From: Tubulanus polymorphus
Taxonomy: Eukaryota; Animalia; Nemertea
Assembly: GCF_964204645.1 (NCBI RefSeq)
Contig: NC_134030.1
Coordinates: 3,266,778-3,330,777 of the forward strand
Direction: 5' to 3'
DNA length: 64,000 nucleotides
Shown one piece after another: positions 1 to 20,191 of this stretch. The notes below the pieces were generated by a model that saw nothing but the letters and a program-made list of their open reading frames with translations, made no database searches and was not told where the DNA came from. How positions within the stretch are numbered: position 1 is the first letter of the stretch; every line of letters starts with the position of its first letter. A program made the position numbers and the translations under genes.

Positions 1-3000
1 CTGGTGGGCCTTGAAGTCCCTGGGCACCGGGTGGACCAGTCGCTCCAGCTTCTCCGGGTTTTCCATCTTGACCATTTTTACCCTGTAACATGAACATGCT
101 CGTTAGCTGAAATTACTCATCATATTCGAAAGCAGCAGGTACCGTGTTGATATCAATAACTTACTGGTTTTCCTCGCACGCCTGGTTTACCATCTCGTCC
201 AGATCGACCGGTAGATCCCTGAAAAATGCAATACAAATTAGATTATCGAATACGAATTAGACGATAGTGAAATCAATATGGTCGAATTGTTTGTAACACT
301 TACCCTAGTTCCGGGCATACCCATTGGTCCTGGTGGTCCAGTATCACCTGACGAGCCCTTATCACCGGCTTGTCCTGTTGCTCCTGTCTCTCCAGACTCG
401 CCTTTTGGTCCTGGTGATCCATTAGCACCTGGTAAACCACGTCCACCTGGACTACCACGTTCACCACGTGAACCAGCTGGTCCGGGTAAACCGTCAGCAC
501 CACGCGCTCCTCGCTTTCCGTCTTCACCTCTCGGACCTGCAGAACCAGTTTCTCCTGGGGCACCGTTCAGACCCTTAGTACCAGGTGATCCTGGCGCACC
601 AGATGGACCTGGTGGTCCTGGCTGTCCTCGAGAGCCTGGGGTACCGCTATCACCAGCGGCTCCTGGGGGTCCTTGGGCACCGGGGAATCCTGGTGCTCCT
701 GCCATACCGGTCTCTCCCTGAAGTTGCAAAAAACAGCGTATAGATATTGAAGAATGAAATAAGATCATCACGTATATTCGTGCAATACATACGCGTTCTC
801 CTTTTTCACCAGCTGGTCCAGAAGGTCCAGAACTTCCAGGTGTTCCGGGGCCGCCGGATGGGCCTGCTGAACCCGGTTCACCTCGGGGTCCTTGAAGACC
901 AACGCTACCCTTCGGTCCACCTGGTCCACGGTCACCTTTTGCTCCAACACCTCCGGGGAAACCAGGAGGACCAGATTGGCCGACTGTACCCATTGGACCT
1001 GCTGGTCCTGGAAGACCATCAACACCGCGCAGACCCTACAAAATATGATAATTATCGTGACGATTTTCTATAAAAAATGTCCATCATTCAGAATGTATGA
1101 TACGAAACATGTACTTACTGCTGGTCCTGCGGAACCATCTCGCCCACGCTCTCCATTTGGTCCTCGTGGGCCCTTGAAAAGTACAAAACAATTGATTAGT
1201 TGATAAATTCACTATCGCAGTGTTTTACGTAATTTTCTAAATAGAAAATACATCGAATCAGTTTGAATTCGTCTCGCAAAAGAGCTAATGGGACTTACCA
1301 TTGGGCCGTGCGCACCTGGTGGACCAGCTTCTCCACCGGGACCCTAAAATGGATATATGAAGGTATGAACATTGAATGTAGTCTAACTAATTCATAATAA
1401 GATATCTGCAAGTGTAAAGTAGCTTACTTTCTCTCCCTGTCTTCCTTGTTCTCCTTTAGCGCCTGCTCGACCCGGGTATCCCTGAAAAATTTATAATGTA
1501 TATGTATTAATCATTTGAATATTCGCTGTGAAAAGAAAATGCTGTCCATTATAGAAAATTAGTTCTTTGAAGATAGATGAAAGTCATTTATAGAAGTCAT
1601 AGAAATTGAATTTCCAGATATTCTAAGACAGGCGGTAGATTTATAACTTACGGCGTGTCCTTTCATTCCTGACATGCCTGGCATTCCTGGTGGTCCTCGG
1701 CCTCCGGATGGTCCGGGGGGCCCTCTCGGGCCAGGGTCGCCATCTCTTCCGTCATCGCCAGGTTTACCATCACGTCCTGTCGATCCAGGGGGTCCACGTT
1801 GTCCAGTAGGTCCTGGTGGTCCGGCATCACCGGGTTCACCTCGCATGCCTGCGAATCCTGGTACACCCTACAAACGATTTGATGGAAAATTATATTTTCA
1901 AACAACAAATAAAACAAATATATCTGTTTCCCGAACATGTTATCGTTCTATCTAGTTATACGTACTGGAGCACCTGCTGGTCCTGGTGGGCCACGTTGTC
2001 CTGGTCGTCCCTAAAATAAAGATTTAAAATCAAAAGATACCGATCTCGAAAAGAGGAGTAAACTCGAAAATCTACGTGAATGTGATACGTACAACAGGAG
2101 AATGCATGAAACTTGGTCTTGGTCCTTGAGCTGGTCCAGGTCCTTTTTGTTGGTTCTGATACTCACTCAGATAGTCAGCATATGAACTTTCCTGCAAATA
2201 GAAATTCATCCAATCATGCACGAGATTTATCTTCAATTCATTTTAATGTTGTTGTTTCTTGTCGATAACTAGAACGCAATGATTTATATATTGAATAAAT
2301 GATTATTATTCGTTGTGCCTAAAATCCATTTTTAAGATATGCAAAACCATCGATTGGAAGTATTGATGAATATATCGGTATTGAGATGGCATTTTAAAAC
2401 AGCGATTGATGGCCCATATTTAATCGGACTATCATTCATTCAGTTGCTTTTGGTTAGCAACTTACAGCTGGCTGAGGACCTGATGGTCCTGGTGGTCCTG
2501 GAATACCATTATCACCATCATAACCAGGGTCACCCTAGAATAGAAATACAACACGAGTGTAACCGATTGTTCAAAAAATCGAACTATAAAATCAGCCGTT
2601 TCGAAATATATGAAATGAATAATTGATTCAATTGTGGTTTACATTGAATCACTGCTTCATTGTTCACCTACCATTGGACCCTTTCTACCCTTGCGACCTC
2701 GTCTTCCTGTACGGCCAGGTGAGCCGATTCGCTGTGGACGGAATCTGGGCGGGACGGGCGTTCCCATTGCCGTAACCTCCTGAATAAATACATCCATACA
2801 AAAATGATAAGATACCCTGCACAGGGGAATTCTGAAATCAGATTTTTTGTTCGTATTCGAAAAAAGTGTGTAAAGTTACCTCTCCAGTTTCCGCAGCTCC
2901 AAACATTTCATTTTGAAGATTTTTGAATGCTTTCTTCTGTGTGTATGTGGTCTCATCTGCGCAAAAATACACAGATAATACATACACGAGGTTTTCACAT

Positions 3001-6000
3001 GAAATCCGTGCGAACGTATTTCAATCGTTAATCGAAAATCAACAGGTAAAATATGGTAAATTGCCACTGTCTTGTTTCACTAACGGTCAGAATGACCTCC
3101 GTGAAAACATTATTCCTAGATTTGATATGCTCACAAATGATATGGTACCGATTTTAATGTTTTAGTCACGGGTTCGAGAGTTAAGTAATACATACCTATA
3201 CAGACAGGGCAGCATTCACCCTTCGGCGTTTCCGTATCGTATTCGTCGCAATCAAGTGTCGGACATTTTTTATATTTACAATCAAGTTCTCCTGAATTGC
3301 AAACACATTCGAAACAAGGATCGTCATCGCCATATGGCAACCATTTATGTCCGTGCGGTATCTTTTCGTCATTATACGTGCATCCCAGTGCCTTTTCCTC
3401 TGAAAATTCAGGAAAAAAAAACAATAATGATCAAATTGTTTGTAACATGTAATCACGATAGACATACCACCCATGTTATAACCAAAATATCTCACAGTTT
3501 AATCGACTAATTTTGAGATCTCAAAAAGTATGAGATGGTTAACTATTTCAAATAGAGAACAGTTAACGCATGGATGCCCTCATAATCTTGTCAATAGAAA
3601 TATTTTGAAATGCATTAAGGATAAATGGGATTTTTCCGTAGTTCACTGTAAGAATTACACTCATTTCAATAGAACATCGAAAATGAACTCGCGATTGTTT
3701 ACATGAATAACCGAACAACAATGGCTTTGTAAAACCAGGTTCAGTAAAACATCTGGGCCCAGTTCCATAGTCATGGCTTAGACTAAAGTCCAGCCTAAGA
3801 CCATCTTAGTTCTATAGCCAATCTAACAACTTAAGACCGGTCTTGCAATTTAAGACCATTTTTGGACTTAAGTCTCAACTGAGGAACCAGCCCCAGAGTT
3901 CAGCGAATACTGCAGTGAAATCTGAGTTTAAATGCTTAGATTAAAAATTATTGTAAAGCCTAATCAGTATGCCTAATAATGACCGTTCATTTATAGATGA
4001 CCAAGAGTAAAATTACGAGCGAATTCTTGACGACGCGTTCTTCAATCCTAAACGTTTATTTCTGTGGTTTTAATTAAAAGTAACCCGAACTCCTGAACGG
4101 CGCAGACAGTTATCGTCGATTGCGATAACTTTTGTTATTCTGTACCCGAAAAATTCCTCGCTGAATAAACACACTACACCGAGTACGGCAAAAAACCTCG
4201 GAAGCCGCGCGCACTGACACGGAATTCTATTTGTTCTGGCGCTGGTTTTTTTCGTATATATTCTAATTAAGTAGCGATAATAAAGCGGCGCCGTTTTTTC
4301 AAGAGATTGTCTGAAGACAACTTGCAAAAAGCGGATACACTTTTTGATCAGTAAGAGAGATTTTTCCCAGGAGAAAAGCGGCACATTTTGTAACCGCAGT
4401 TTCAGTGATTTAGGCCAGATCCGGATATCGCGTTTTAGGCTGTAGATATTTTTCAGTTACGCAATAAGACAAAACTTGTAAACAAATAAATCTTTTCAAG
4501 ATCTCAGATGTTTGTGAATAAAGTGAATAACAAACATATTCATATTACATAAACCGTAGACTTTGCCTTTGCGCGGGACTTTTAACTATTTTCTCCGCGT
4601 TGAGAATCAAGGAAAAATAGATTTTTTGTTGAATTCTTTTGAATTATTATTCAATTCACTGATTTAAACGAATAGACCAGCTCAGAGTATGTATGGCACA
4701 GTCGGCTGCTACATGATTAACACTTTTTGAATGGATCGATCTCTCGTGTACATAAACAATGACTTGAAGAATTTTTTTTGCGTTTTTGACTTATTTGCTC
4801 GGGCCCCTCTCCCTTCTCTTACTCTCTACGTGAGTCTTTACGCAACGAACGCGGCATTGACTCATAGATAAACACATCGAGAGAAAGGTCGCGCCCTGAA
4901 ACGAGTAGCTAACCCGATTCACAACATTCGTAAACATCTCCAGATGCGATGAAAAAACAGACGACCGATCGACCTTGACACGGGAAAAAAATAATCATAT
5001 AAGACCACCCTCATTAACTCTGTTTACTCAAGATCTAACAAACGTTTCTACGAACGATCAGACAAAAACGTGATCATAAATTCGAATTACTTCGACTATG
5101 GTTCGATCACTGTTGCTGGTCAAATAAACAAGATGTAGAGACAAGTCGCGCAACAACATTTCGAATAACTTTAGCGAACTGATATAAATCTCAGTATGGT
5201 TAACGAATAAAAACCCACGGTAGATTTGTCGAAACAGTACTATATTTCCTATCACATAACTATATACAGCGATTCATGCCTTATTTTATTTAAAATCTGT
5301 TTATAAAACGTATTTAGATTTCAAATATTGGTAGTAAGCACCCGAAATATTTCTATTGTTTGATTCAAAGACCAATAAGAGAAGAGCATCATGATTCAAT
5401 AAGTGATTTCTGATGATTTTACTTTGATTATTTTTTTAATTGAGGAAAAGAAGTTTTTTAGGCAAACGTCTGCAATTATTCGCTGTAAACAATGAACTAT
5501 TTTGACGTACAAATTGGTTGAAACCGACTTGTTGTGTCTAGACGAAAGTTCATGATCGCAGCATAAGTGGAGAAGGCAGATGTTAATCAGCTGTTGGGCA
5601 CTGATACTGACAATATGACCGCACTCGAAATTCTGTCGGTTTCTAGGGAATTGGTGTAACTTGACAGAAGATAGTCCTACAGATTACGAATTGCAAAATA
5701 CGAAAATTGAATTGATAAATCCAAGATGATAGATGATTAAGAATAATTGAGTGACCCCAAAAAATCTACGAGATGAATTAGGCAATGACGATCTAACCAC
5801 AAAACAAAAAAAAGGATCTAAATTTCCTCCTCCCTTCGAGCTTCAGCGGCATTCGAGGTTTTGCTTGGCCCTCATAGTTAACATATCCCATGCATTTCTT
5901 TGCGTGCATCATAGAAACAGATTAACTTGCATTTATCAACTCTGACTTGAACTTTAGCTTCACATTCACTAAAGGTTTTTAGACGTTTATCAGTGAAGTA

Positions 6001-6994
6001 AACAGTGACATCAATCACGGACGAAGGAATGAAAAAAAAACAATTCTTATCTCGATATTTAACAAGGAATTGATCAATTAATTGCTTATCATATTTTACG
6101 AGGTTAATTAAGCATAGTAATTACGCCAGAATGCGTTTGATTAATGTAATTATAGAAAGATTAGGTTCGCATTATAAAAAAAGCTGTTAGCGAAGACCTT
6201 GATTTTTTTACCTTACACATAATTAGACTGCGGAAAGTAACAGAATCCAACAGTGATTGACATTTGTGAAAAATCCTATATCGGTAGATTATTTCGTGAT
6301 TAATTTTCGTAATTGCAACTAAACAAGAAAAGGAGTTTCGATAAGATACCCAAGTTACGTCTGTTCTCATAACAATATCAACAAAAGATAGGCGTTTATT
6401 CAGTGAGCGAAGAAAACTTGATAAGCGGGGAAAATGTCGCTTCACTTGTTATAATACCTTCCTTAAAACGATTTATCAGTATAGATTCGAATGACAAAAA
6501 TTTACGCAATTTCCTCCTTCAACAGTCATTTAAGTAATTACACAGATAGAAATTTAGTTGGTAATAAAACGTATTAAAAGCGTATTCAAGATATCTAGCT
6601 TTCAAACATCTATCCGCTTAGCACGATATCTAAATGACGAAAATCGAAAATAAACAGAATCTGAAACGCATTACAAACTTATTTGAAATATCTTTCGTTC
6701 AGATATTTACTTATCAATGAGTGTTAATTCGAATTGCGAGAATTTACGCAATTTCCATATCTTAAACAGTCTTTTAGTAATTACTCAGATGAATTTTAAA
6801 AGCAATTGACATGCTTAGAGATAAGGAGATTACATGTGAATTCAATTGTAAAATTTAGTTTGACTGAAAAAGAAATATATATCAACGTTAATCTGAGAAA
6901 ATAGAAAAATATGTTTCTTACCTGTCTGGGCATGAATCCCAGAGACTAGAAAGAAGACAGCGAGTCCTACACACGCAGGTATCGTTTGCGTCAT
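1..6994 (-). CDS. Fibrillar collagen alpha chain, clade A type (signal peptide, VWC, minor helix, N-telopeptide, major triple helix); 5' part only, continues past window start
   Basis: Exons by GT-AG and phase: 6922-6994 ([24 protein letters not shown], signal peptide), 3196-3399 (VWC: [14 protein letters not shown]...PCFECVC...CPTLDC...GECCPVC), probable micro-exon 2880-2896, 2672-2779, 2466-2534, 2093-2191 (telopeptide ...QQKGPG), then Gly-X-Y exons 1966-2010 (45 nt), 1652-1867 (216), 1428-1481 (54), 1299-1343 (45), 1119-1172 (54), 793-1035 (243), 304-717 (414), 165-218 (54), <1-82. Helix exons are multiples of 9 nt with the 45/54-nt units typical of fibrillar collagens. Confidence 0.95.
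3753..3896. mobile_element. MITE, family A (TIR CTGGGCCCAGTTCCATAGT...GGAACCAGCCCCAG)
   Basis: Imperfect terminal inverted repeats and internal CTTAAGACC motifs; homologous copies at about 52812-53089, 51382-51475 and 42866-43003. Confidence 0.7.
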
Positions 6995-7167
6995 CTTGGT
7001 CCTCCTCGTTGATCGGACGGACCAACCGCCAACTGTTCCCTGGCTAAACTTCAAACTTCGGAGCCAGTGTGCCCTGGGAACAAAAGCACGGTTTATTGTG
7101 ATCTATCGCGTCCTGGCTGAATAGCGCGGACTGCAACGCGCACTGTGTCTTTTAACCAGACGTACCG

Positions 7168-7175
7168 TGACGTCA
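7168..7175. promoter_or_regulatory. Perfect CRE/ATF palindrome TGACGTCA in the putative collagen proximal promoter
   Basis: Lies about 175 nt upstream of the collagen ATG, next to a TATA-like TTAAAA (minus strand, ~7150-7155) and near CCAAT (~7235). Function is inferred only. Confidence 0.4.
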
Positions 7176-8299
7176 TAGCTTCTGAAACAAAGGATGTAGA
7201 AAGGGGTGACAAGTTGCAGCCCCGCTGGTTTCGTCCAATTAGTTCTTAATATGAATTCCATCGTTATTTTTTCATTTATTTATATAATCTATAGTTTGTG
7301 TCAAATCTATATATTTGATTCACGAAAAGTGATTATTCTGAAGAATTAGAATTTTTTCCCTGTACAGAGCCCCCTCTCTTACGAAATGGATGCGCCCATA
7401 GTCATCAAGGGTTTCAAGTGTTGCCGTAGTCAACATCTTCCATACATCTGAAAATGGAAATACTTTTTAAAGTCTTCTTTTTACGAAGTCCCGACACGCA
7501 TTTACCACTACCACACCAGGAAACTTTATTGTCAGTTAGAATAAACTTATAACGAACAAAACAGATTGGTACATTTATGAAGATGGGTGAAGTACGAATT
7601 GATATGACAAATCATAGTTTAATAGAAATTATCGGAAATAATCTTTTTCTGATGACAGAAATCGAATGATTATTTTCGTATAGAATTACTCAGTTCTTTA
7701 TGAGATAATCAAGTCATTTTTCGCACTGCTGGGTTATGCGAATCGAGGGATGTTTTGCGTTTTTCGGTGGCACCACGTTGTAAAAAAAACAACTTTTTAA
7801 ATGCTCTCGACCCCCGACCTTTGACATATGCTGCCGCTGTCGTATTTTCTTCAAGTTTTCTCGGTTGATAAACGAGTTTAGAATTTCAGAGATGGGCAGC
7901 TGTTTCTGGTTACTGTGAAAGAACGGTCGTAAACTATATTCCCGTCTAAACACACACACACACTGTGCGCGGCTCATTTTTTCTATCCAGATTTCGTTTT
8001 CGATAAAATCGTACTTATAAATCGTCCATTCATTTGTGGAAAAAAAATAGTTGTTATTTGTATCATATGTTACTAAGCAAAAGAAAACGATAGCAGTGAT
8101 GTAGGCGTGAAACCGTGATTGGGTTATACTGGACCAAAAGGGACACTTTCACACCAAAAGTCATCTTTCAGGAGGAAACATTTGAAATAACTTTTTTGAA
8201 AGTGCAAAGACCAGTGGCCACATATGAAACAAAATAATATTTTGTATGATTTGCGTCAGATTCCATGATATTGATTATCAATACTGGAATTAACCCAGG

Positions 8300-8370
8300 A
8301 GATTCAACGAAGACTCGAACCAAGGACCTTCACGACACCCGCTGAGTACGCTAACCAATAGACCATCAAG
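8300..8370 (-). mobile_element. Degenerate tRNA-derived (SINE-like) head
   Basis: Minus strand reads GATGGTCTATTGGTTAGCG...GGTTCGAGTC, giving A-box and B-box-like motifs at tRNA spacing, with no complete cloverleaf. Confidence 0.3.
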
Positions 8371-10170
8371 AGTGGTGATTGTAGGCTTTGTAAGGGTTAT
8401 CTGGTCAGTGTCAGTCGTAAGTGACCAGCCAGGCGTGGTATGACTGGACTGGTTGCCAATCATTCTTTATTCACTGCGGTAATATTGGCTTCGATGAAAG
8501 TTTTGATAGCAATGTTTTAAAGGATTTTCATGTGTATTGAAGGCTTTTGTCATATGAAAACTATTCTTTTAAGCTACAGCTTGCAAGATTTATCAGCGTG
8601 CGATGATGCGAAATTTTTATTTTCTCGTGAAAAAAGAACCGGTGTGTGACCTGGTTTCGATATTCGTGACGCATCGTTGTTTTAACCCGACTTGAGCGAC
8701 TTCATCGCAATTAAAAGAGTTTTCACACAAAATACAATCTCGATCCGGTCTTGCTATCGACTGGAGGAACCGAAATGAACAACAGCATGTTTGAATTAAA
8801 ATTCTCACCATCGATACGCTGAGAGCGTCTGTCCCAGAAACATCATTTAACACACTATCGCTGTCTCGACGGCGCATTCTTTTTTTAACCCATCAATTGT
8901 TTCCCACTGCTCCATCTTAAAATATCAACACTAAATCAACAAGTCACTCGACAGGGAGGCCTCCGTTCTGTGATTTTTATGTAACCGAACTATTTCATAA
9001 TGGGAATATCTTCTCGCTGTTTTAGGCTTGTTTTATAACACCGGTAAAAAGTGGTCGGCTAATGATTTCCGAATAGAAAACCGCAGGGGTCTATTTTCTC
9101 GAAAACACTCGCAGCACCCAAACACTATACACCCACCTAAACCACAACACAAGAAATGTTTTTCTTGTCTTTGCGGTTCTCTGTCTATTTCCGATTCTCG
9201 GTTTCTATACCAGATCGGACATTTTTTCATGTTATCTTAAACTGAAAAAAATTAGGCAGTTATCAGCTCTCATTTCGAAACAACATTGAAGAGAGGACGT
9301 TGCCCTGGCGCAACTACTAAAAGGTTATGGCCAATAACTGAAACACTCCATAATGTGTTGGAAACACTCACTATGGACTCTTTTTATTCTTGCGCCGGGA
9401 TTTTAGACTTTTGGTAAATCTTGGTCAGTTTCTAATGAACATAACTCTGTGGAACACATGTTTGCACACAATAATTATTGCTGATTGAAATAGAATATGT
9501 CTAAATGTGATCAAAGTCAATGGTCTTATGCTTTTACATAATTCAGACTGGCAGTACACGTCCGATTCAATTAGATATCCATCAACCAGTAAAGTATGAC
9601 TTCTTTTCTTTTCTCTATAAAAAAAGTCGGCCGTCTTCAAATTGTTTTGTACAATTTTTCAATGCAGACAACCTCCATTAAATTTTTGCCAACCCCAAAG
9701 AAATGATAGTCATCTACTCACTTAAAAACCACATCACCAATCGACACATTGTTTTTCAGTCTCCCTCGGAAATGATAAAAAATACAGACGATTTGCCCCA
9801 GATGCTGTAGGGTTATAGGCCGTTTTGTGGAACACGGGGACAAATTCATTTTTTTCCGTCTGTGGTTTTGCGCTCTTCAGACTTGTATATGTGATGCTGC
9901 CGAACATGTGTAGACCGTCGAGGAAATTAATTACTCTTAATTGATATTAATTAATTTTGTGACGATGGAATCTAATGTACATCGCACGTATACGTAACGA
10001 TTATCAATGATTAATGAAAAAAAACTACGAGAAATGCATTTCATTCATTTACCGCCCAAACTTAACTACAGCCTGACAATTAAAAGTCTAGGTATTCATG
10101 GATATTTTTCACTGTAGGATTTTAAGGAATAGAAAATACAAATTCTTTGAAAAGACTCTTTGCAGTAGCT

Positions 10171-10315
10171 CACAGGGGCTCGTATTTGAAGTTTGAGGGT
10201 GAATAGCAGCTTAGATCATCCAGTATCCCAGTATGTTTTTATACAGAAGTAGCTGGGGGGGGGGGTGGGACATTGGATGATCTAAGCTATTCACCCCAAG
10301 ATACGAGCCCCTGTG
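10171..10315. mobile_element. Foldback/MITE-like hairpin element
   Basis: CACAGGGGCTCGTAT...GCTTAGATCATCCA pairs with TGGATGATCTAAGC...ATACGAGCCCCTGTG. Confidence 0.6.
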
Positions 10316-11259
10316 CACTGAACTACTTTCAAAAATGATTTTGTTCAAGAGTCGACAGAGAGGCCAGACACATTTTTCTTATGCGTATAGTAAATGCGAT
10401 TAGGGACATTACGCAACAGTAATAGGGTAATTCATTTATTATAAAGAATAATTAATTGATCATACAATCATCAGTAAAGCCTACTGTGTAAACTACGCGT
10501 CGAAGTTAATCTATTTCTGATATTGTATCCGAATAACATTGGGTTTCTATAAAGCACCGTAATTCTCACAAAATGAAATCCAGTCTTGAGAATACGACGG
10601 TTTAATCGATTCTCGTAGAGATACGCGTCGTCGCAGTCATCTGCATTCTCTATACGTGCTAAGCAAAATTAGTGTTCTGACCATGAAAGTTGACATTATG
10701 AACCTTTCAGACTTGATTTTTTTTAGGCCGGTAGAGTACAAAAGTCTTCAGGAAAAAATACATCGGGGTCATTAGTGTAGGGGGTTCAGAGATAAGTGGA
10801 AGATTCTGAAATTATTCGGAATTGACGTGACTTGGACAACTGGGCGTGGAGCGGGCGGGAGAACACTAAATTAGAAGCACGGGCAGACCCTCACCCTTAG
10901 GGGAGAGGGCTTCGCCCCTCTTTAAATTATTACCCAATAATGCAGCGGGCAAAATAACTCATGCGGATTTTCCCTACAGTAATTTGTTTGTCAAAACTTC
11001 TTTTCGAGTTGATATTTTGGGGTTTTAGCGTATCAAAATTCTTTTCTACTGAGCTGCAAAGTTGTGGGTTCGATCTTAATCGGGTGCCAGATTTGTTTAA
11101 AGATTAATTCCTGAAATCAATATTGAAAAGGTTAGAGCCGGCACATCCAATAAACCATCCACAGTCGACATGCGCCACGGACAAATGCACTGAATTTTAA
11201 TTTGAATTGTTTCCGTCTTGTTATCAGACAACATGCTCCATATTGAACTGTTAAAATGA

Positions 11260-17126
<5,867 letters not shown>

Positions 17127-17899
17127 TTATACCAGTACTACAAGAACGTTTCGAACTACTAGAATTCCACCCGATATTCACAACCTATCGGGGTTCCTAT
17201 CACTCTTTCTAAACAGAAAATGATTTTGAAGCTGCTCGAAACTGCTTTCATTTGAGCATAATGCTCGAAACTCCTTCAATTTTGAGAAAAAGCCAAAAAT
17301 GTGTAGTTGTACAGTTACATTGGTCAGGGGCCAGGATTTTTTTTCACCGAATTAGAGTCCGAGTTTAGTTGTGTAAATGATAAAAATTTGCTAACAAAAC
17401 TACCAATTACCACTTAACCGAGATAGACAGTACAGAGTCTACTGTAATGGGATATGAAAGTGATGCGGAAACTTCCTCAAAATTTGAAATATTCACCCCT
17501 TGAAATCTTGTATCCAAGAATTATCGAATTACCAATCTGTAAGGACCCTGCCAGTTTCAACATAATTCATTGTTTGTAAGTTTAACACTGACGAGTTAAA
17601 ATTAGCATGATTTATCGTACTGCTAGTCACAGAGAATAGGAAAGTAGTGAAATTCAAATAATCACCTTTCGCGATGCATGCTATCATTATAATGTATATT
17701 TATAAAATTCAGATATTTTTAGTATGAAATATTGCAATAATAACCGCATATATTCTGCATAGTTATTTGTAGGCCTATATAATGAAATAGTATCTGAGGT
17801 GCTCATTAATACACAAATTGCAATGTCTAGCATGTTTTTCATTTAACAATTCTCTTTCAATATGAACTTAACGCAGGTTTTGATTGAACATATTCCGGT

Positions 17900-18025
17900 T
17901 TAAGAATAGCATCAATTCTAGATTACAAACTACCGGCAGCTTCTATCCAGTTTATAGATTACGTTATTCCGGATTAGGTAGAGCAGACGCACCATGGAAT
18001 GGGTGGAGGCTAATCAAAACCTGCA
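17900..18025 (+). repeat. Dispersed repeat, second copy at about 26553-26670
   Basis: TTAAGAATAG(C/T)ATCAATTCTAGATTACAAACT...TATTCCGGA.TAGGTA is shared by both sites. Confidence 0.65.
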
Positions 18026-18302
18026 CAAAATGTTGCGAACGGTTTCAGATGATACTTAATTTATTTTTCAAAAAATTGTCATTTTCATTTATTCTGCGTC
18101 AGTTTCATTTGTGGCTGAATTACTTGTATGACATTATTTTAAATTTTTGCTTATATCGTTGTATATATTTTCTACAATGTTATTAGAGTTGTAAATTTCA
18201 AATAATCAGACTTCAATCTTGTATCTGTTGATAATATCTCTTTCTGAAATAAAATGAAAATCTTGTATATATTATATATCAGCCATGTTTGCCTTATTAT
18301 TC

Positions 18303-20191
18303 TATCGCATCAAAAAGGATGAGGAAGAGTGTCATTGTGGATGAGTGATGCTGAGGACAGATGGTCTTGGAGATAAGGGTTGCTGCATTGATGGAGGGGT
18401 GGTGATGATATATTAATTGATTTTACGACTGCCCCTCCCCCATTTTTCAATACCTTTCAAGAAGATCATTTGACGAATCAATGGTATTAAACCCTATTAG
18501 GTTTTCCATACCACGTATCAAAGATCATTTTATATAAGATGGATTCGAACATGGGACCTGTATATTCAGTCATTCTATCATAGATCGCCATCTATTAGAA
18601 TTTTCCTGAACTGACTCGATTTTCAATCCAGCTCTTCGCGCTATGCTCGAAAATATCAAAATCATAGATCGCCACCTGGTGGAATTTTATTGAACTGACT
18701 TAATTTTACTATATAATCGTTCTCTGGAAATCCAATAGATGAATTAATTAGAAACCAATCAGGATCCCCTATGACACCCCTACCTATATCATCTATTCGA
18801 CTTAGGGCGCCTACCAATACTGGGTTTGAACTTAGTCACACTTGATTATCATCTATTATTCAGTATCAGGACAACAACTGGATGATTATCATATCATGTT
18901 TACCTATTGTTTGAGTTGTATATAGCACACTGAAAATATAAGTGCCATGTTTCACCAAAAAATGCATCGATGTCAAATATCTGTATAATGTTATTCATCG
19001 TGAATTCAATAAAAAAACATTGTTTTGAAATATTATCTTTCTTTGTATACAACAAACACAGATTTCTGTACCCATTCACCATTTCCGTTCTTGATCTGTC
19101 TTATTCTTGTTGTGACAGTCTCGCTGGTTTAGATGCTGAATTGAGGTTAGACAGAGACCTTGTCATGGTCTAGGCCTTGGACCCTTATTACATCACTGAG
19201 GAGAACTGGTTTCCCGGAGAGCAGATAATTCGCGCCTCAGTTGTCCTGATACTGAATACATACATTAGATGATAATCAAGTGTGACTTTGAACCCTAAGT
19301 CGAATGGAGGATATAGGTAGGGGTGTCATAGGGGATCCTGATTGGTTTCTAATTAAATCATCTATTGGAATTCCAGTGAACTATTATGTTGTAAAATTAA
19401 GTCATTTCAGTAAAATTCCACTAGGTGGCGATCTATGATTTTGATATTTTCGAGTATAGCGCCAAGAGCTGGATTGAAAATCGAGTCAGTTCAGGAAAAT
19501 TCTAATAGATGGCGATCTATGATAGAATGACTGAATATACAGGGTCCCATGTTCGAACCTATCTTATGGATAACGATCTTTAATATGCGGTATGGAAAAC
19601 CTAATAGGGTATCATAGCAATTGACAATTGCCCCCACCCCATCTTTCTCAATATCTATCATCTTTAGACTTACGTAGCCCCATCTTAACACAGCCAGTAA
19701 TTCCAATTATAGTTTCCATTGATTCGTCAAAGAACTTCTTGAAAGGTATTGAAAAATGGGGGAGGGGCAGTCGTAAAATCACTTAAAAATCACTTTAAAA
19801 TCACTTAATATATCATCACCACCCCTCCATCAATGCAGCAACCCTTATCTCCAAGACCATCTGTCCTCAGCACCACTCATCCACATTGACACTCTTCCAC
19901 ATCCTTTTTGATGCGATACTAACCTCAATTCAGCATCTAAACCAGCGAGACTGTCACAACAAGAATAAGACAGATCAAGAACGGAAATGGTGAATGGGTA
20001 CAGAAATCTGTGTTTGTTGTAGACAAAAGAAAGATAATATTTCAAAACAATGTTTTTTTATTGAATTCACGATGAATAACATTATACAGATATTTGACAT
20101 TGAAGCATTTTTTGGTGAAACATGGCACTTATATTTTCAGTGTGCTATATACAACTCAAACAATGGGTAAACATGATATGATAATCATCCA
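18303..20191. repeat. Inverted, circularly permuted segmental duplication (A-B-spacer-A'-B')
   Basis: A = 18303-18880 is the reverse complement of 19238-19918, which has a ~100-nt extra block. B = 18881-19150 is the reverse complement of 19919-20191. Confidence 0.9.

Noticed and set aside
278-2019. Plus-strand Pro/Gly-rich ORFs
   Set aside because: Antisense shadows of the collagen Gly-X-Y exons.
8300-8370. Functional tRNA gene
   Set aside because: Acceptor and anticodon stems do not pair convincingly; kept only as a SINE-like remnant.
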